Shown here: positions 49,401 through 64,000 of the stretch, piece after piece
How positions within the stretch are numbered: position 1 is the stretch's first letter
Layout of the letters: each line of letters starts with the position of its first letter
Assembly: GCA_003971905.1 (NCBI GenBank)
Contig: RSEE01000051.1
Location: forward strand, 124,001-188,000
Direction: 5' to 3'
DNA: 64,000 nt
From: Moniliella sp. 'wahieum'
Taxonomy: Eukaryota
The notes under the pieces: model-generated
Database searches by the model: none
What the model was told of the DNA's origin: nothing
The model's input: only the letters and a program-made list of their open reading frames with translations
Program-made: the position numbers and the translations under genes

Positions 49401-50033
49401 AGGGTGGGGGAGGCGGCCGCGGCAGACAGGGGCAGGGGCGTGCGCATGGACAGAGCGCAGGCCGTCAGAGAGTCCGAGGGCGGTTGGATGCGGGGAAGGT
49501 GGTGGCAGGCGTGCAGTGGATGCAACGTCCAGCGGTTAGCGCAACGTTCCAAATGCTGTCCAAATGGCGGCTGCGGCCGCTAATGTCCGGCTGGGCTTGG
49601 GGATCCGCATGGCGCAGCGTGGCGTCAGCCAGCAAGCCGATCGCCACTTGAACGTTTTATCCCCGTGGGGAAGCCCACTGGAAAGCCGCCGCGCGGAGGT
49701 GACACACCGATAACACATGTGACAACCGCGTGTCACATCCACACGCCACGGGCCTAACAGGTCGGGCAAGCGATGCCACCAACGCAGCACCTGTCACATG
49801 TCACTAGAGCCGCGTCGCACCAACTCACACTTCGTCGACACATCCCGCTTTGTCCGCCGCCCTCATGCATCGTGTATGTCCCTACGACCAACTGGGCAAA
49901 TGGAAATGGGCATGAGGCATGCATACTTTGGGGGTTTATGTCCTGGTCGATAGCATCCAGCGTCATCGCCCGCCCGAGACCAAGGGCTCCCACTAGGGTG
50001 GCACTCATCGTCGAAATGGCTCGAGGCACTAAA

Positions 50034-50938
50034 CTATACCGCCACAGCCGGAAAACGACACCACAAGTCGAGGACCCGCCCCGGTCTTCCCAGTCTCCGG
50101 AGACGCTTACTCCAGGAGGTGATGGGCTGCTGGACAGCGGGCGTGGCGTCGGCGGCCCAGTCCTGAGCACCAGTGGCCTGCTCGCTCCAGTCCAGCGCGG
50201 CCGCCTCGGGGGCGCCCGTAGCGGGGAGAGCCTCGCCAAGCTCACCAGCCTCAGCCTCGCGCTCGGCAGCAGCCTTGGCGTCAGCAGCAGCCTGCTGTTC
50301 CGCCTCAATCTCCTGGGGGTCGCGGTAGAAGAACATGTCGGTCATGACGCCCCACGGCTCAGTGCGCGAGACAGTGCCCTTGAGGCGGAGGACCTCACGG
50401 CAGAGGAGCCACCAGAGAAGGCCGACCGAGTGCTTGCCCTTGTTGTTACCGGGGATAGCCACGTCGACGAACTTGAGGGGAGCGTCGGCATCGGCAAAGG
50501 CAATAACGGGAATGTTGACGTAGGACGCCTCGCGGATGGCTGGTGGTCAACGCGGGGGTCGGTGACAACAATCACGCGGGGCTCCTTGTAGGAGCGGACA
50601 ATGTAGTTGGTGAAGGTACCAGGGGTGAAGCGGCCGGCAATCGCAGTAGCACCCGTGTTCGAGGCGAATTTGAGCACCGCGCGCTGACCGTATGACGGCC
50701 GAGATGACGCAAATGTCGGCGGGTTCTCAACGGCAGCAAGGATACGGGCAGCGAGAACGATCTTGCTCCACGTCTTGTTGAGGTTGATCAGCTGCACACC
50801 GTCGGCACGGCGCTTGTAGATGTAAGACTCCATGTCCTTAGTCACATTGGTGGTGCCAATGTGGGTCTGGGCAGCCAGGAAGAGCTTGACCTCCTCCTCA
50901 GTGATGTTGAGCACCTGGGGCAACTTGTCGGCGGACAT
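50034..50938 (-). CDS. RPS0: 40S ribosomal protein uS2 (S0/SA)
   Basis: [81 protein letters not shown]. Confidence 0.97.
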
Positions 50939-52104
50939 AGTGATGATGGATACGTGGGTGGGGAGGGCGTGCGTACGCTACGCTTGAAGGTCCCAGAAAT
51001 TGGATAGGCCCTGCCATGCTCAACATGATAGGGTGCGTGTTGGTGGGCATAAGGCAAGTGTGGTGATTTATTGCGCCGGAAGCTATATGTTACCACGTGA
51101 TATGGGAACGCCGGCGGAACGGATGGAGTCAACCACTCTAGCAGCGATGGGCGCTGCTCAATTGCAATGGCATTGGACTGCTGTCAGCAACTGTCAAGCG
51201 GATACTGTTTGCCTTACGATATGACGGTCAGAGGGTAGTGCGAGCGGGTTTGTCGTTGTCGCCGGCCCACATGTACTCTTGATGGTGTTGATGCGGCCAG
51301 ACAGCGGATGCAGTAACTCTCATCGAGTCTCGGAATTGGCCGGGTATCAAGAAACACCGTGGAGGGTCAGTACCCGCGGTCACAGTAGCTCTCAATCCCT
51401 CTCTTCAACAGGTTAAGCCCATACTTATAGCAATCCTTTTGTATCGAAACACGCAACTTGGACCCAGCCTTGCGCGCGCAGAGAGGGCACTTCATTAGCA
51501 TGAGTCTGATAAGAGATGTAGGGCATCACGGCAGCTACGCAACATCCACAATGATGCCGAGCAAGTGTTGAAAGACAATCATAGCACTGGAGATTATATT
51601 TGGAACCCAGTGACTCCAATAACGCTATACCTGTGTGAACGAGGTGGGCTAGTAGCATTGGCACTTTGTACAGTATACATACCTCTCCTGTCCTGCCAGC
51701 CAGCATCATCGTCGCGGTGGTGGTCGAACGTAGGCAGCCTCCCGGGCCCTTGTGCGGTATGGCCGACGGAACTGATCATGGAGCGGCAGAGAGACTGAAA
51801 GAAGGGTCGTAATACATCCCCTGACGAACAGGACCACAGGATCATCAGTAAAAGATTCGTAGTCGGGCGCTTAGCCACCTGGTTTGGCGAGGGGTGTGTG
51901 TGACGCTTCGAGCATTTCGAGTGTGCCCACCCTCGGCACTGACATGAGTGCTTCTACATCATATACACTACTTGTACGTCCGCCCACATTCCATCCGCCA
52001 AGCGTCGGGGCAACGTATGTATATCTCCATCACAACCTTGCCTACACATGGGTGGCTGTATCGGTAGGACACAAAAGGCGAGCATGGCAGGAGGAAAATA
52101 GGGA

Positions 52105-53098
<994 letters not shown>

Positions 53099-53950
53099 GG
53101 CTGGACAGAGGCAGGACCGAAAGCCAACACCAGCAGCGGCCACGTCGAGCGGGGTGGAAAGAGGCAGGTGGCAGACAGCCGACAGCAGCCAGACCAAGGG
53201 TTGCAGTTGCAGCCTCGGCGGCTGCTGGGAACCAGAGCCGTCGACCCAGGCCAGAAGCAGCCTGCGCTTGCTATTATAATGGCTCCGCCCCGCACGGCGC
53301 CAGTTGCCTGCCCCGCATCTGACAATTGCAAAAATCAGCGCTAGGGTTCTTCCACGCCTGATAGCATGCCTGGGCCACTCAATTCCGCCCGGTTGCACGT
53401 GACTCGCCACGCGCGGAGCTCGCAATTACCGCCATCTTCAGTAGAAAAGAGGCGCCCCCCACCGATGCCGTTCATGACCTTGTCTCAACTGCCGAGTCCT
53501 ACCATGCTACCGCACTGAGGCAACCTCCGACTGCCCCCCTTTTCTGATGGATGGGTGTACGAAGTACATCCTGCCTATCAAATGCAGCACCAGGCCGCCA
53601 ACGGAGTGGACAGGCATATACAGGGTAATCTGGGCAGCCAGTGTGTTCAGCGTGTTCGTTCGTTCGCTGAAAGGGCGCCAGGCAAGCATCTCCTCCAAAT
53701 TCGAATAACGATATCAGGGGGGCTATGCGTGCCACGAGAATCAGGAGGAGAGAAGTGCACCAAGAAACGGGGAACTCCCGCTCACAAATGTGGGTTACGA
53801 GTTGCATCAAGTCCATGTGAACGTGTTGCCGAGCTACAATCGGTCGAGCCAAGAAGGGGGAGGGGGGGGGCGGGGGGGTACAAGATCATACGAAGAATGA
53901 GAGTAGGATTCGGCTGCGTATCACCGGCCAAACGAGCCCAGTAGGCCTCA

Positions 53951-55256
53951 TTAAGCACCCCAGGAGAGAATCTTCAATAGGCGCGACTTGGGTGGTGGTG
54001 GCTCTTCCCCTGCCATCTGCGGTAGGCGCTGGGGAGGTGCCGACACAGGTGCAGCGGACTGGCTTCCACACCACCATTGGGAATTCCTGGTGCGTCATGC
54101 GTTGGTGGAGTATGCAGGGCAATCTTGCTGGCTGTGGGCGCTTCATTGGGGTTCAGAACATATGCGGATGGGTCGCCTGCGCCTCGGCCGCGAGAGCGTG
54201 GGTCGTGCAGACCTTTCTCCGACTGAGAGGATTGCGCCCAGCAGCATGGGCAGCGTGTGGCGAAGGAGTGGGCGCCAGCGGTGCTGAACCGAGGCGGCTG
54301 GCGCATGAGAGGCAGATGAGGGAGCGGCCCATCCCTTTCCACCACGGAGCATCATCCAATCATACTGTTCGTCCTCCACTTCGCCTTGGTGCCTAAGTAC
54401 TTTGGCAAACAGGTCTCGCAAGAAATCATAGTCAGGTTCCTCTTCAAACCCGAGTTGCGCACGTAGTTGAGGTAGATGGCAAACTCCTCTGGGTACCCCT
54501 GACACAGATCCCTAATGGGAGTGGACTGCTTCTCTCTCCAATCTTCTCGTAACGCTGTTTGTTGGTGTTGGCTTTGAGGCCCGGCCAGGGGAGAGCTCCG
54601 CGAAGAAAGTACATGAAAACGTGACCCCAGCGACTCGAGGTCGTCTCGGCGGGTGACTGTTCGCGACCGAGGTGGGTGTTGATGGACATGTAGCGGGCGG
54701 TGCCAGAAAGGGATTTCCGCTCGCGGTAAGGGATGTGGTGCTTGGTCTTGGGGTCGCGGTAGAGCTTGGCCATGCCCAGGTCAATAATGTGGATGACATT
54801 GGCGTAGCGGGTGCCTGGACGGCCGATCAGAAAGTTGTCCGGCTTGATGTCGCGGTAGATGAGATTCTTCTCATGCACCGTCTGCACGCGCGTGATCATC
54901 TGGCGTGCGGTCATGCATACCGTTTTGATGGAGAAGCGGCGGCCACACATGTCAAACAGGTTTCCAACGAGGGACCGAGAAGGTCGATGACAAGGATGTT
55001 GTGCAAGCCTTTGGCCAAAGTAGTAGACCTGGGGCACACCGGGACAGTTGGCCAAGATCTTGTAGGAGCGGTACTCGTCGCGCAACTGGGGGGCCTCGCT
55101 CTTGCGCGGCTCGAACTTGATAGCGACCGTCTGGCTTTAAGCAGGTTGGTGCCCTCAAAGATGACGCCGAAGGAGCCTTCGCCAATCCTGCGTCCCACAC
55201 GGTGTGAACCCGACCACTGAGGACGTCGATCCAGAGTGGTCCGCATGAGGGGTCAT
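53951..55256 (-). CDS. Casein kinase I (Yck/Cki1, CK1-gamma type)
   Basis: [66 protein letters not shown]. Confidence 0.93.
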
Positions 55257-56183
55257 GCGGGGGAGGAAAGGGGGTACGCAGGGAGGAGGTGGGCGGAGAG
55301 GGCGGGGTTGGGGCGGGCTGAGCTGGAGAGGGGGGGCAGCGCGCAGGTGGTTGGGGGCAAAGCAGGAACACCCCACGATTGGTTGTGCTGCTGGGCGGTG
55401 GGCGCCCGGGCCTGAGCGGCGGAGGAGGGTGGTGCGCGCAGACGGCGTGCGGCTGCTCCCGACACGCTCACCAGCATGAGCGTCACCGCCTCCATCACGC
55501 GTCCGTCCCTTGGCGCTGCCAGGGCCAGTGGCCGCCCGCACCAGCCGCCCAGTCCCAGTCTCCGGCCCCGTCCCCGCTCAGCATCAGCTCAGCCTGAGCG
55601 CTCACCCATCCGCGTCTCCCTATCGGGCCGTCACCCGTCCGCACGCGGCCAGCGGCGCTCTCTGCCTGGTCGGCTGCGTGCGGCTGCGTCCCCCCCGCTT
55701 GATTGGGTGGGTGCCACGTGGCCACTACCGTTCTGCCGGCCTTGCCTGCCCACTTGCCCGCGCATAGCTGGTAAAAGCCGCCTGGACCAGCCGTACCAGG
55801 CCTGCCACGCCCAGCTGATGGTCTGCGATCTGCATCCTCGACCTAATTGAGTGTTTGGGCCTTGCAGCTTCCGCGCCTTATCAGCGCATCAGCGCCATCA
55901 TGCATCATAACATCAGGCATCACCATCAGGAGCTCAGGCTCAGCGCCAGTACGTTACAACTGTCGTTCCCACTCCCATGTTCAGTTTCAAATACCAACGG
56001 GTCTGCTTTCAGCCGGTCAGCGCTCAGCCCGCCACTTCCACCAAGAGGCACATCAACAAGCTGTTGTGTGTAGATGGCATTGACGCGTTGATTGGTGGTA
56101 CAAGGTTAACATCTTCTAGCCACAACAGGGGCACCCACTGTGGGTACGCATCGCATCTCCGTGCCAACATTCGCCAATACGGC

Positions 56184-56830
56184 TTAGTTGAAAACTGGGA
56201 CGCAAGCGAACCCAGGCCGCCAGCCTCGTTTTCCAGCTAGACAAGTACCCAACCAAGTTAGCATCCGTAGAGAGATCAAGAAAGAGAAGGGACGAGAAGA
56301 TACACACCTTCTGCTTCATCACCATCTTCATAACGTACTCGCCCGCTTGCTGCACAGCTTGGTTCTTGGACGCTTCCGAAATGAGGCCTTGGGCCTGCTT
56401 CGATTCAAAAATGTCAGAAGCATGCGACATGGCGACCCCCATGAGCTTCGACTGGAGATCTCCGTTCTGGTTGTTGGCACTGGTGTTGGAGCCCGAGCCG
56501 AGGACCGACTGGATCGCCTGCACCGCCGCCGACGCCCCAATTTGGTTCGAGTTGACCTGTTGCCGCCTTGCACAGCCGCATGCGCATTCTTCACCTCGTC
56601 CACCGTCGGGTGGTCGCCCTGCGTGATTTGGTCATGGTTCGACAGCAGCGACGAGGCAATCGCGCTAAATTGGTTGGCATCCGTCTTGCCATTCTGGTGG
56701 TTCGCCGCCGCATTCACCAGGCTGCCGAGGTTGAAGCCACCGGCCGAGGTGCCAGAGCCTGCTGACTCTGCTGACCCTGCTGGCCCTGCTGTTGCACAAA
56801 AGACGAGGCAGCGTTGACGAGGTTCTCCAT
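56184..56830 (-). CDS. Beta-flanking-protein-like small protein
   Basis: Q/G/N-rich; EVKNAHAAV, IGASAAVQAIQ, KLMGVAMSHASDIFE, KNQAVQQAGEYVMKM pattern recalled from fungal beta-flanking proteins; TATAA at about 56900. Confidence 0.65.
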
Positions 56831-59460
56831 AGTGCACGATGGGAAGGACGAGGGAGATGGCGATGGCAGCAAAGCAGAAACCACAGGCCGCGCGAGCCTT
56901 ATAAAGCTAAAGTCGGAATGTGGTGTGGCCTCTGAGGGTGAACTGGGCTTGCTTACACGAGGCTTGAGGCGGGCCTGAGGGCCTCCCAAGGCTGTGCGCT
57001 GGGCACAGCTGTCCGACGCGCACGGACCACTGCGCACTGTCCCCATGCATGTGGCCAATTTGCTAGTGGCACACACTGCTCCTTTGCTCACGCTTCAATC
57101 GCTGTGCTAGTGCAGGTCAGTGCCCAGTCTGAATTAAGCCTCTTCCAGTGTGTTACCACATGTGACAGGTGGCACGCTTTGTAAGATACGGAGTTGGGCT
57201 GCTCGTGAGAATTGTGACGGTAGCATATAGAAAAGACAAACCCTAAGGAACCAGCAGCGCCTTGGTCTCTCTCCGTTTTTTCCGTCCCTTGCCACATGAC
57301 CACCACCTTCGGATTCCCCCCACACTACTCGCCGGATACTCAAATTCCCTCCGGCCACCCGCAGCCCACTTGCCTAGCACATCCCTTTTTACGCCGTCCA
57401 TCAAAACATTCGAACGAGACTGTTGGCGTGTTGTAATGGGTATCAAATACACCCATTCCTCCGTGGATACCTTAATCTCATCTGCAGCTGATGAGCAAGT
57501 ATTCCTTGATGCACGATACTTATGGAGGCGCGATCCGTCTACCACGACGCCATGGTTTCACCATGGCTATATCAGTCATCTCCTCTTTTAATTATTGCCC
57601 GTCTCTCGGCCACGCGCTCCCCTTGCGAGCTATTTGTGGTCCTATTCTATCCATTTCATATCATCTGTTGTACCTCTCATCTAACCCCCTTCCCCCACAT
57701 CTTCTCACATAAAATCTGCTGCCCGCCACACTCCTTCTCTCTTCCAGCACGTTGGTGTGCACCCTATTGGTCGTAAAAGGCTTCTTACCGCGCACAACAA
57801 CTGAGAACTACAGGGCTCACAGTGGCCACTGACCAGGGACAAGCCGATTGGGGAAGAGAGGAGACCGTACCACGCATAGAACAATTCTGGTAACGCCGAG
57901 CCTGAAAGAGAGGGACACAGCGACACACACGAACTGAGCCCCACATCTGGTATATGCCGCACTGGTGGGGTTTGAATATCCCTGTCTGGTGCCGACTGGT
58001 GAGATTCAAGCTACCATCGTCGGGCTGTCGTGCGTGGACTGTGGTGCCGCTTCCGTGTTGGTGAGAAGACCGCGGGCGTACGTGGCCCTTCCACATCAAC
58101 CTTCAATGCCTTCTCGCTGTGTGGGTGGGTTTGTGGTAAAAAGGCATATCTCAAGCTCCTCCTTTCTCGCTCATTCAGCGACCAGGCCGAGAGGGAGATG
58201 TCCTGATGATACCTGCAGACTTGTACTTGTTCAGAAGCCTTCTTCCAGCGCATGTGGTGGAGCGAATGGATGCATGTGGACGACTGGTGGTGGAAGCGAC
58301 GGTCGCGTCTTCACGCTTCAGGTGTAGACATGGCAATTGGCTCAGAAAGCGTGTGGGGGTAGTTAGACGATGGAACAGGGTGGCACCAGGGAGATCTGAG
58401 ATCTACGGCCTAAGGTCTGACATTGAAATGGGGGGCTGGCATACATATGGCCGCGCTGTGTCAAGCTTTGCTTAGCTTTTCGCTGTAAACTGGCCTCCAA
58501 GAAGTGAGTACGGCGGAGCTGTGCACTTTGGTTGGGGTTAGGTGGGGCAGGCTGGGGTAAGGCGCTGAACCAAATGGGTGTGGCTGCCGCTGTGCTGGGG
58601 ACGCAGGAACTGCAAGATTGCAACCGCTGCCGCGGCCAGCACCTGGCCAGTGTGGGTGGCGGGCGTGCCCCACGGCTTCGTCTGGAGTGGGGTTGTGCAT
58701 TTGTGCCGGGTCGGCCTGGTGGTGGTGTACCCAAGAAGCATCGACGGCCTGAGGCCTGAGGCGGCGGTGGAGGAAGCGAGGCCCTTGCGATTGTGACTAG
58801 TTGACTATGCGGGCAACGCATTCGATGCGGGGCCAGACCCCGTCCGCCACCGCCCCCAGGCTGAGGCAGTATACCACGTATCGAACGCTGCTCGGGGTGG
58901 CCCCGAGAGGCGTTGCAATTGTGCCCAAACACCCGCAAGTTGCTCTGCGGTGTATGACGTGCGCTCCCACACAGACGCTGCGTCTGGCTCGCCGCGCACT
59001 GACTACGGCGATGTGGGGGTGGGGGCGGCTGGGGCCCAGCGCTGGCATGCCGAGCCAGACAAGGCCAGACACTGCACACCGAACTTGCGTTGTATCAACT
59101 CAAACCCCACTCGGCCCGCTTTCCCATCGATACGCTGGCCATCCCACCCTGCTATTCGTGGTTGGATTCGTGTCGGCCGCGTGCCTGTGCCCTTCCCCGC
59201 ACCTGTGCTGTGGCATCTCCCTGGCGCCCGGTTCGCGCTCAGTCTGAGCGCGCAGCGTTGCGTCGTCCGTATCATACACCCCACCGTAATAGCCCGCATC
59301 AGATCTCCGAACCCAAGACACACAGTGCCGCTCCCCCATACCATCCATTTCCATTAGTAGTCTCTCTCCATCCCAGGCAGCATACCCACGCTACCACCTG
59401 CGTCTTCCCCACCAACACTACCTCTCTCACAGCCTATCCCTCCCCATTGCGTGCACGTTG

Positions 59461-60956
59461 ATGACAAGCACGCTCCGCCCCGGCCCCCTGTCGTCGGCCT
59501 ACCCCCCGCTCGCCCCCTTGCCCACTTGGATTGGCCTTCCTTCGCCCCCCAGTCCCAGTGCCTGCCCCCCCAACGGTAGCATGCTCTTCACCCTTTCTGA
59601 GGATGCCTTTTTCCAGCAATCGCTCACCAATGCCGCCGCGGTTGATGCTTCCGCTTCCCGCCCCACCCACTCCCGTCCGACTTTCCCCCACCCCTCGACA
59701 ATGGTCCATCTCCGCCCGTAGCACCCGCCACGCAAACGGAGCAGCCATCGTACCCGCTTGCCTCTTTCAGCGACTTGGCCATCCCATCTCCCGATCCTTA
59801 TGGACGTGCCTTTCCCCCGCACAACCCCTCTGCCGCTTACGCCGTTCCTACGTCCATGACGATGCCTACGCCGTTCGTCGGTGCTCCGGTTCCTAGCCAT
59901 CTCGACCCAAACGAGCCCCTATGGGAGGGCGGGTTGCCTGCCCCCATCCTGGCCGACGACTTGAGAGCAGAATGCACCCCCCACCCTCCTGTTCACCCTA
60001 CCGTTGCCCCAGCCCCGCTGGCCAAGGTACCAAGGCTCATCCATTTCTGGCAACGGAGAAGCCATAGGAGGAGGATGGAGGGATGGCCGGAGTTCCTTAT
60101 CGGGTGCGCCAACCGAGACGCCCTCTTCGGCCCGTCCTGCTCTCCCGACCAAGCGCAAACGCAAGCACGGTACAAACGAACCTGCCCATCGTTCCCAGGT
60201 ACCACCAACGTCCCTTGGCCCTTCCGGCTCAGATACAAAGCCCCCCCAAGACTCGGTCTCACCCAAGGCAAGGGGCAGGGGAGGCCACTCAGAAGGCTAT
60301 ACCGCCCCCGCCAGTGAAGGGGGCACTAGGTTCGGACGGCGCCATCCCACTTTCTCTCGCCGGGACAGGGGAGGTGCAATTCGGGCTTCGTTCGTGGGCC
60401 CCGCTGGCGAACCAGTACCGGCTCACGTTGGATTTGTCCCGGATCACGCCGGCGGTGGAGCAAGGGCAACTGCCGGTGCAGGTAGCCCGTGCGTTGTTCG
60501 AGAGTCAAGCGTGTCCGCCGAATGGAAGCAACCGCACTTATCCCAGGTACGAGCCGAAGTCTTGTCTGGCGCCGGCCTGATTTGGCACGGCATTATCTTG
60601 CCAAGATCAGGGCGATGAAGGTGGACGTGAGCGAGAATCCCCGAGCGTCGGATCTGGGAGGGGAAGAAGATACGGAGGGGGCGGCGCGGCGCGTCGGTTG
60701 ACTGCTGCGCAGCGAAGAGCGAATCATTTGGCGTCCGAGTCGAAGCGCAGGACGAATATTCGGCGTGGGTACCAAGGTCTCGTTCGTCGAGTTCCTTGTC
60801 TCTATGATCAGAATCATGGCCAGGTCAAGATTGGCATCGCGAACGAAGTCAATTATTTGGTTCAATGTACGTTGTCGTTCCCTCGTTTTCCTTTTCTACC
60901 CCCACAGTAGACACGCTCCACGCAGAGTAGGACGGACTGACATCAGACTGGTATAG
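59461..60956 (+). CDS. bHLH transcription factor (Ino4/MLX-like) with Pro-rich N-terminus
   Basis: LTAAQRRANHLASESKRRTNIRRGYQGLVRRVP basic region plus helix 1 at about 60698-60800; boundaries approximate. Confidence 0.7.
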
Positions 60957-62971
60957 CCTTGGCCTTCATGCGCTCTAGGTGGAGAAACATACGTTGCTTC
61001 TAGCTCGTCGCGAGCACCTCCAACTGTGCCTTGGTCAACTGTACGGTGTGGATTTGCGGAAGAGTGGGCCTGGTGGCCCCCATTCGCACCGCTCGCTATG
61101 TCGCCAGAGGACAAAAGGGGCGTGTTCCCTCCCCACATCTAGCTTTCTCTCAAAGTCCCGATGCCTACCCCACACCTGTACATCGGGTCCAACATTCGGT
61201 GCCATGTTGCCCGACGTTCATTGAGCCATTCCGTCCTTCCCCCTTGGCCTTATTTTCTCCTCGCGCGTCTAGAGAGGCTCACATCACTGTACTGTTTCCT
61301 TGTGCTCCTGTCCCACTATATGATCCTTCCCTTATACGATTCTTACCTCGCCTCGTGTTTCGATTGGTGGGGATAGTGAGGATGGCGATCAGGTGTTCTG
61401 ACGTGCGCTTTGGACAGGTGCCATTGGGCATGCATGGGTGGGTGGGCATGATTGGCTGCAATACGTTAACCGTTACGCGTTACCCCCCTACTGCACTTGG
61501 ACACGCACCCCCCTGTGTGCATTTCGTTTGCCCCCCAATGCAATGTATCCAGGGCCACGGTGACGGGTGAGTGTGACGCCTGGCGTGTGATGCGTGTGAC
61601 GTGCATGTGACGGCGTACATCGGGTGCAGACGGGCAATGTGATGGATGGATGCGTGGTCGCAGCGCGGCCAGAAGTGTGTGTGACCTGCGCCATTTTCGC
61701 ACCAGAGGAAGGGCAGTGGCTAGTTGCTAGTTGTGTTCAACATGCATGTCACGCATCATGCATGTGTGTTATTGCATCCTGTGATACAGACCTCATGCCA
61801 GAGGCCAGAACTGCCCCTTGAAGCTCTGGAAGCTTGAAATGCGAACCAAAGACCAGCACCACCTTGTGACGTGTACACGTTAAGCACCCATCGTTGCCTT
61901 GTCGATCTGCGCGCTCCTCGTGAGATATTTCGCGTCGCGGTCCTAGGTGCGCAGCGCGCAGCCCGCTGCAAGCTGTCTCCCCGTAAGCTTCAGGCAGGCC
62001 TCCGGCCTCAGGGCCAGTCTTCCTGCGGAGCGCAATGCTGTGAAGCTTGAAGCTTGAAGCTTGAAGCCACTTGCGGCGCTGGGTACGTGCCTGGTTGCGG
62101 GCTTTGGTGCGCCTTGGAGCTTGGAGCTGGGCGCACCCAGCTGGGTTGGCCTGTTCCTAAACATGCCCCGTGTCGATCCAGGTGCATCATGCATCACACA
62201 TCACCGGCACCAAGCATCGCCTGGCAGTGCCTCCGCTCTCGCGTGGGCAGGCTGGGACTGGCGGTGTGTTCCTTCTCCACCCTCTGCTGCAGGGACGCAG
62301 TCTGTTGTGTGGCCACCGTCACGCGTCACATGCTCCGTCGCTGCTCCCGCGCCACGGCGGGCGCGGGCTACCCGCAAAGGCACAAGGCCGCATGCTAAGC
62401 GCTCACTCCTGCAAGACCCTCGTGCAAGAGCGATCCCTCTCGATCTGCCATAGCAACCGGAGCATGGCGCCAGTCCCATGCCATCTCCTGCTGCTCCAGC
62501 CAGCTGATCGCGCTGCGGTACGTGCCAATCCACTGTTGTTCGAAACAGGCATGGCCCGATGCCCTGAGGCCCTGAGGCCTAAGGCAGGCCTGCAGCCTGA
62601 AGCCGTGCTATGCATCATGCATCTTGAAACACCCTGCACCAATTCTCCCACACGGTGGCCTGGACGCTGTGTGGTGGTGGGCAAAGCGCAAGCCACGTTG
62701 CGCCGGCCTCCGCCAGCGCCGCCTGCACCCCCCACTGGCCCCATGCAGTCACTGGATGCTCACGCGTGTTCTCATGTCACTCACATGTCCCCTGCAGCCC
62801 ACCGTAACCCACCGACTCCCCCCTGGCACTCAAGTAGTGTTTAGGGGGCACCCACCAGCGCTTTTTGTTCCCACCCTCCACCACCTTCTGCTCCTCTTTC
62901 TCAGCCCTCTCCCTTCTCCCCCCCCCTCACCGCTACACTCGTTCTCCTTTCCCACACTCTTTTACTGCACC

Positions 62972-63635
62972 ATGCGCTTCACTTCCTCTTTGCTGCTCTC
63001 GCCGCCGCGTCGGCTGTGTTCGCCAGCAGCCTGGCCGAGCAGATTGGCACCATCCCTGCTTCCTCCAGCTGCAACACACCGCATTTGAGGGGAACCTCAC
63101 TGACGCCCAGCGCACCGAGTTCGCCCAGCTTGCTACGGCCATCCACCAGCACAACTCCAAATCGCTCGCCGTCCTGACGGGCTCGACGGACGAAGCCAAG
63201 CAGCTGGTGCACGAGCTGCTCAACGGCTCCTTCACCTCCGTCAAGAGTATTCAGGCCAAGCTTTCGGCCCGCGCGAACGTTGAGGACGAATTGGCCGATG
63301 GCACCGTCTCGGCGTCCGGGGCGGCCAAGGAAATTGGGCTGGTTCCTTCCTTCATTCTGCTGAACCAAGAGGCATCCAAGCCCAACGCCTCGCCCGAAGC
63401 CATCGAGGCTCTTGTTCAGCAAGGTCTTACCATGCTTGCCAAGGGCTACAAGAAGGGCAGCCTCAAGGTTCTCCTTGGCACCGACAAGACCGGCACTGAG
63501 TTTTTGGCCAAGATCATTCGTGCCAAGTCGGAGGGCAAGACGCCGTCCGCCCGGAACGTCAAGCCTTCCTTTACCAACGAGGCGGCACGCCAAGCCCGTC
63601 GCGCTCACCTCGCTCGTCGGCGTGCGATGATCTAA
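62972..63635 (+). CDS. Small secreted protein, unknown family
   Basis: MRFTSSLLLSAAASAVFA signal peptide (one indel), strong C-ending codon bias, CT-rich leader, about 220 aa, helical. Confidence 0.7.
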
Positions 63636-64000
63636 GCGCAGCTTTGTGCCGCCCTGGACACTCCCTCCTCCCCCACCATTTCTCAATTTCCCCATTTCCC
63701 CATTTCCTTTGATCACGCGGCTGTACCTCCTTGCTCTCTCCTCCCCCCCCCCCTTGCATGGGCGTTGGAGCACCTTTTCTTCTCTCCCATTATTTGCTTG
63801 CGTTACCTGGGAACAAACCACCGTTTTTATCCCTCCCTTGACCACTCCTTTGTTCCTCCTCTTCGCACGAGATGGGTCTTCGTTTTCTGTTTTGGGCTGT
63901 GTGCTGCATCCAATCTGTTTGCTTTCTCTCCCCTCGAGCAAAGTCTTGTCTGTATTGTAGTCTCGCTTGGGCTCCTGTTGGCATTGCGCGGTAGATGGAC

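Noticed and set aside
51853..51880. GCGCCCGACTACGAATC (minus strand) resembling a tRNA-Arg(ACG) arm
   Set aside because: No T arm or acceptor stem.
57260..58480. Short ORFs in the spacer after the beta-flanking gene
   Set aside because: No recognisable motif or consistent codon bias; a gene cannot be supported.

Overview
GC-rich, intron-containing fungal (basidiomycete, probably Ustilaginomycotina-like) genomic DNA. Almost every gene is broken by 1-bp indels, including essential ones, which points to an unpolished long-read assembly rather than mass pseudogenisation, so CDS ends are approximate. In order, the window holds: the 3' half of a CRE-clade (RT + restriction-like endonuclease) non-LTR retrotransposon, a secreted tannase/feruloyl esterase, GH128 glucanase, Arp10-like actin-related protein, an F-box protein, COQ2, an intronless and strongly bacterial-looking YghU-type GST, pyruvate decarboxylase, an accessory island (solo LTR with perfect 5-bp TSD beside a degenerate tRNA, ~170-bp LRR-like repeats, 5'-truncated tRNA-Thr), a large arrestin-fold protein, RAV1, TOM7 and SEC61-beta head-to-head, RPC25, a GH5 exo-glucanase, a 5'-truncated second copy of the retroelement at the 3' end of PRM1, RPS0, NDUFS8, casein kinase I, a beta-flanking protein, a bHLH factor and a small secreted protein. 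The most striking unexplained signal is a recurrent intergenic grammar of TCA/TGA trinucleotides phased exactly 7 bp apart with variable 4-nt spacers.
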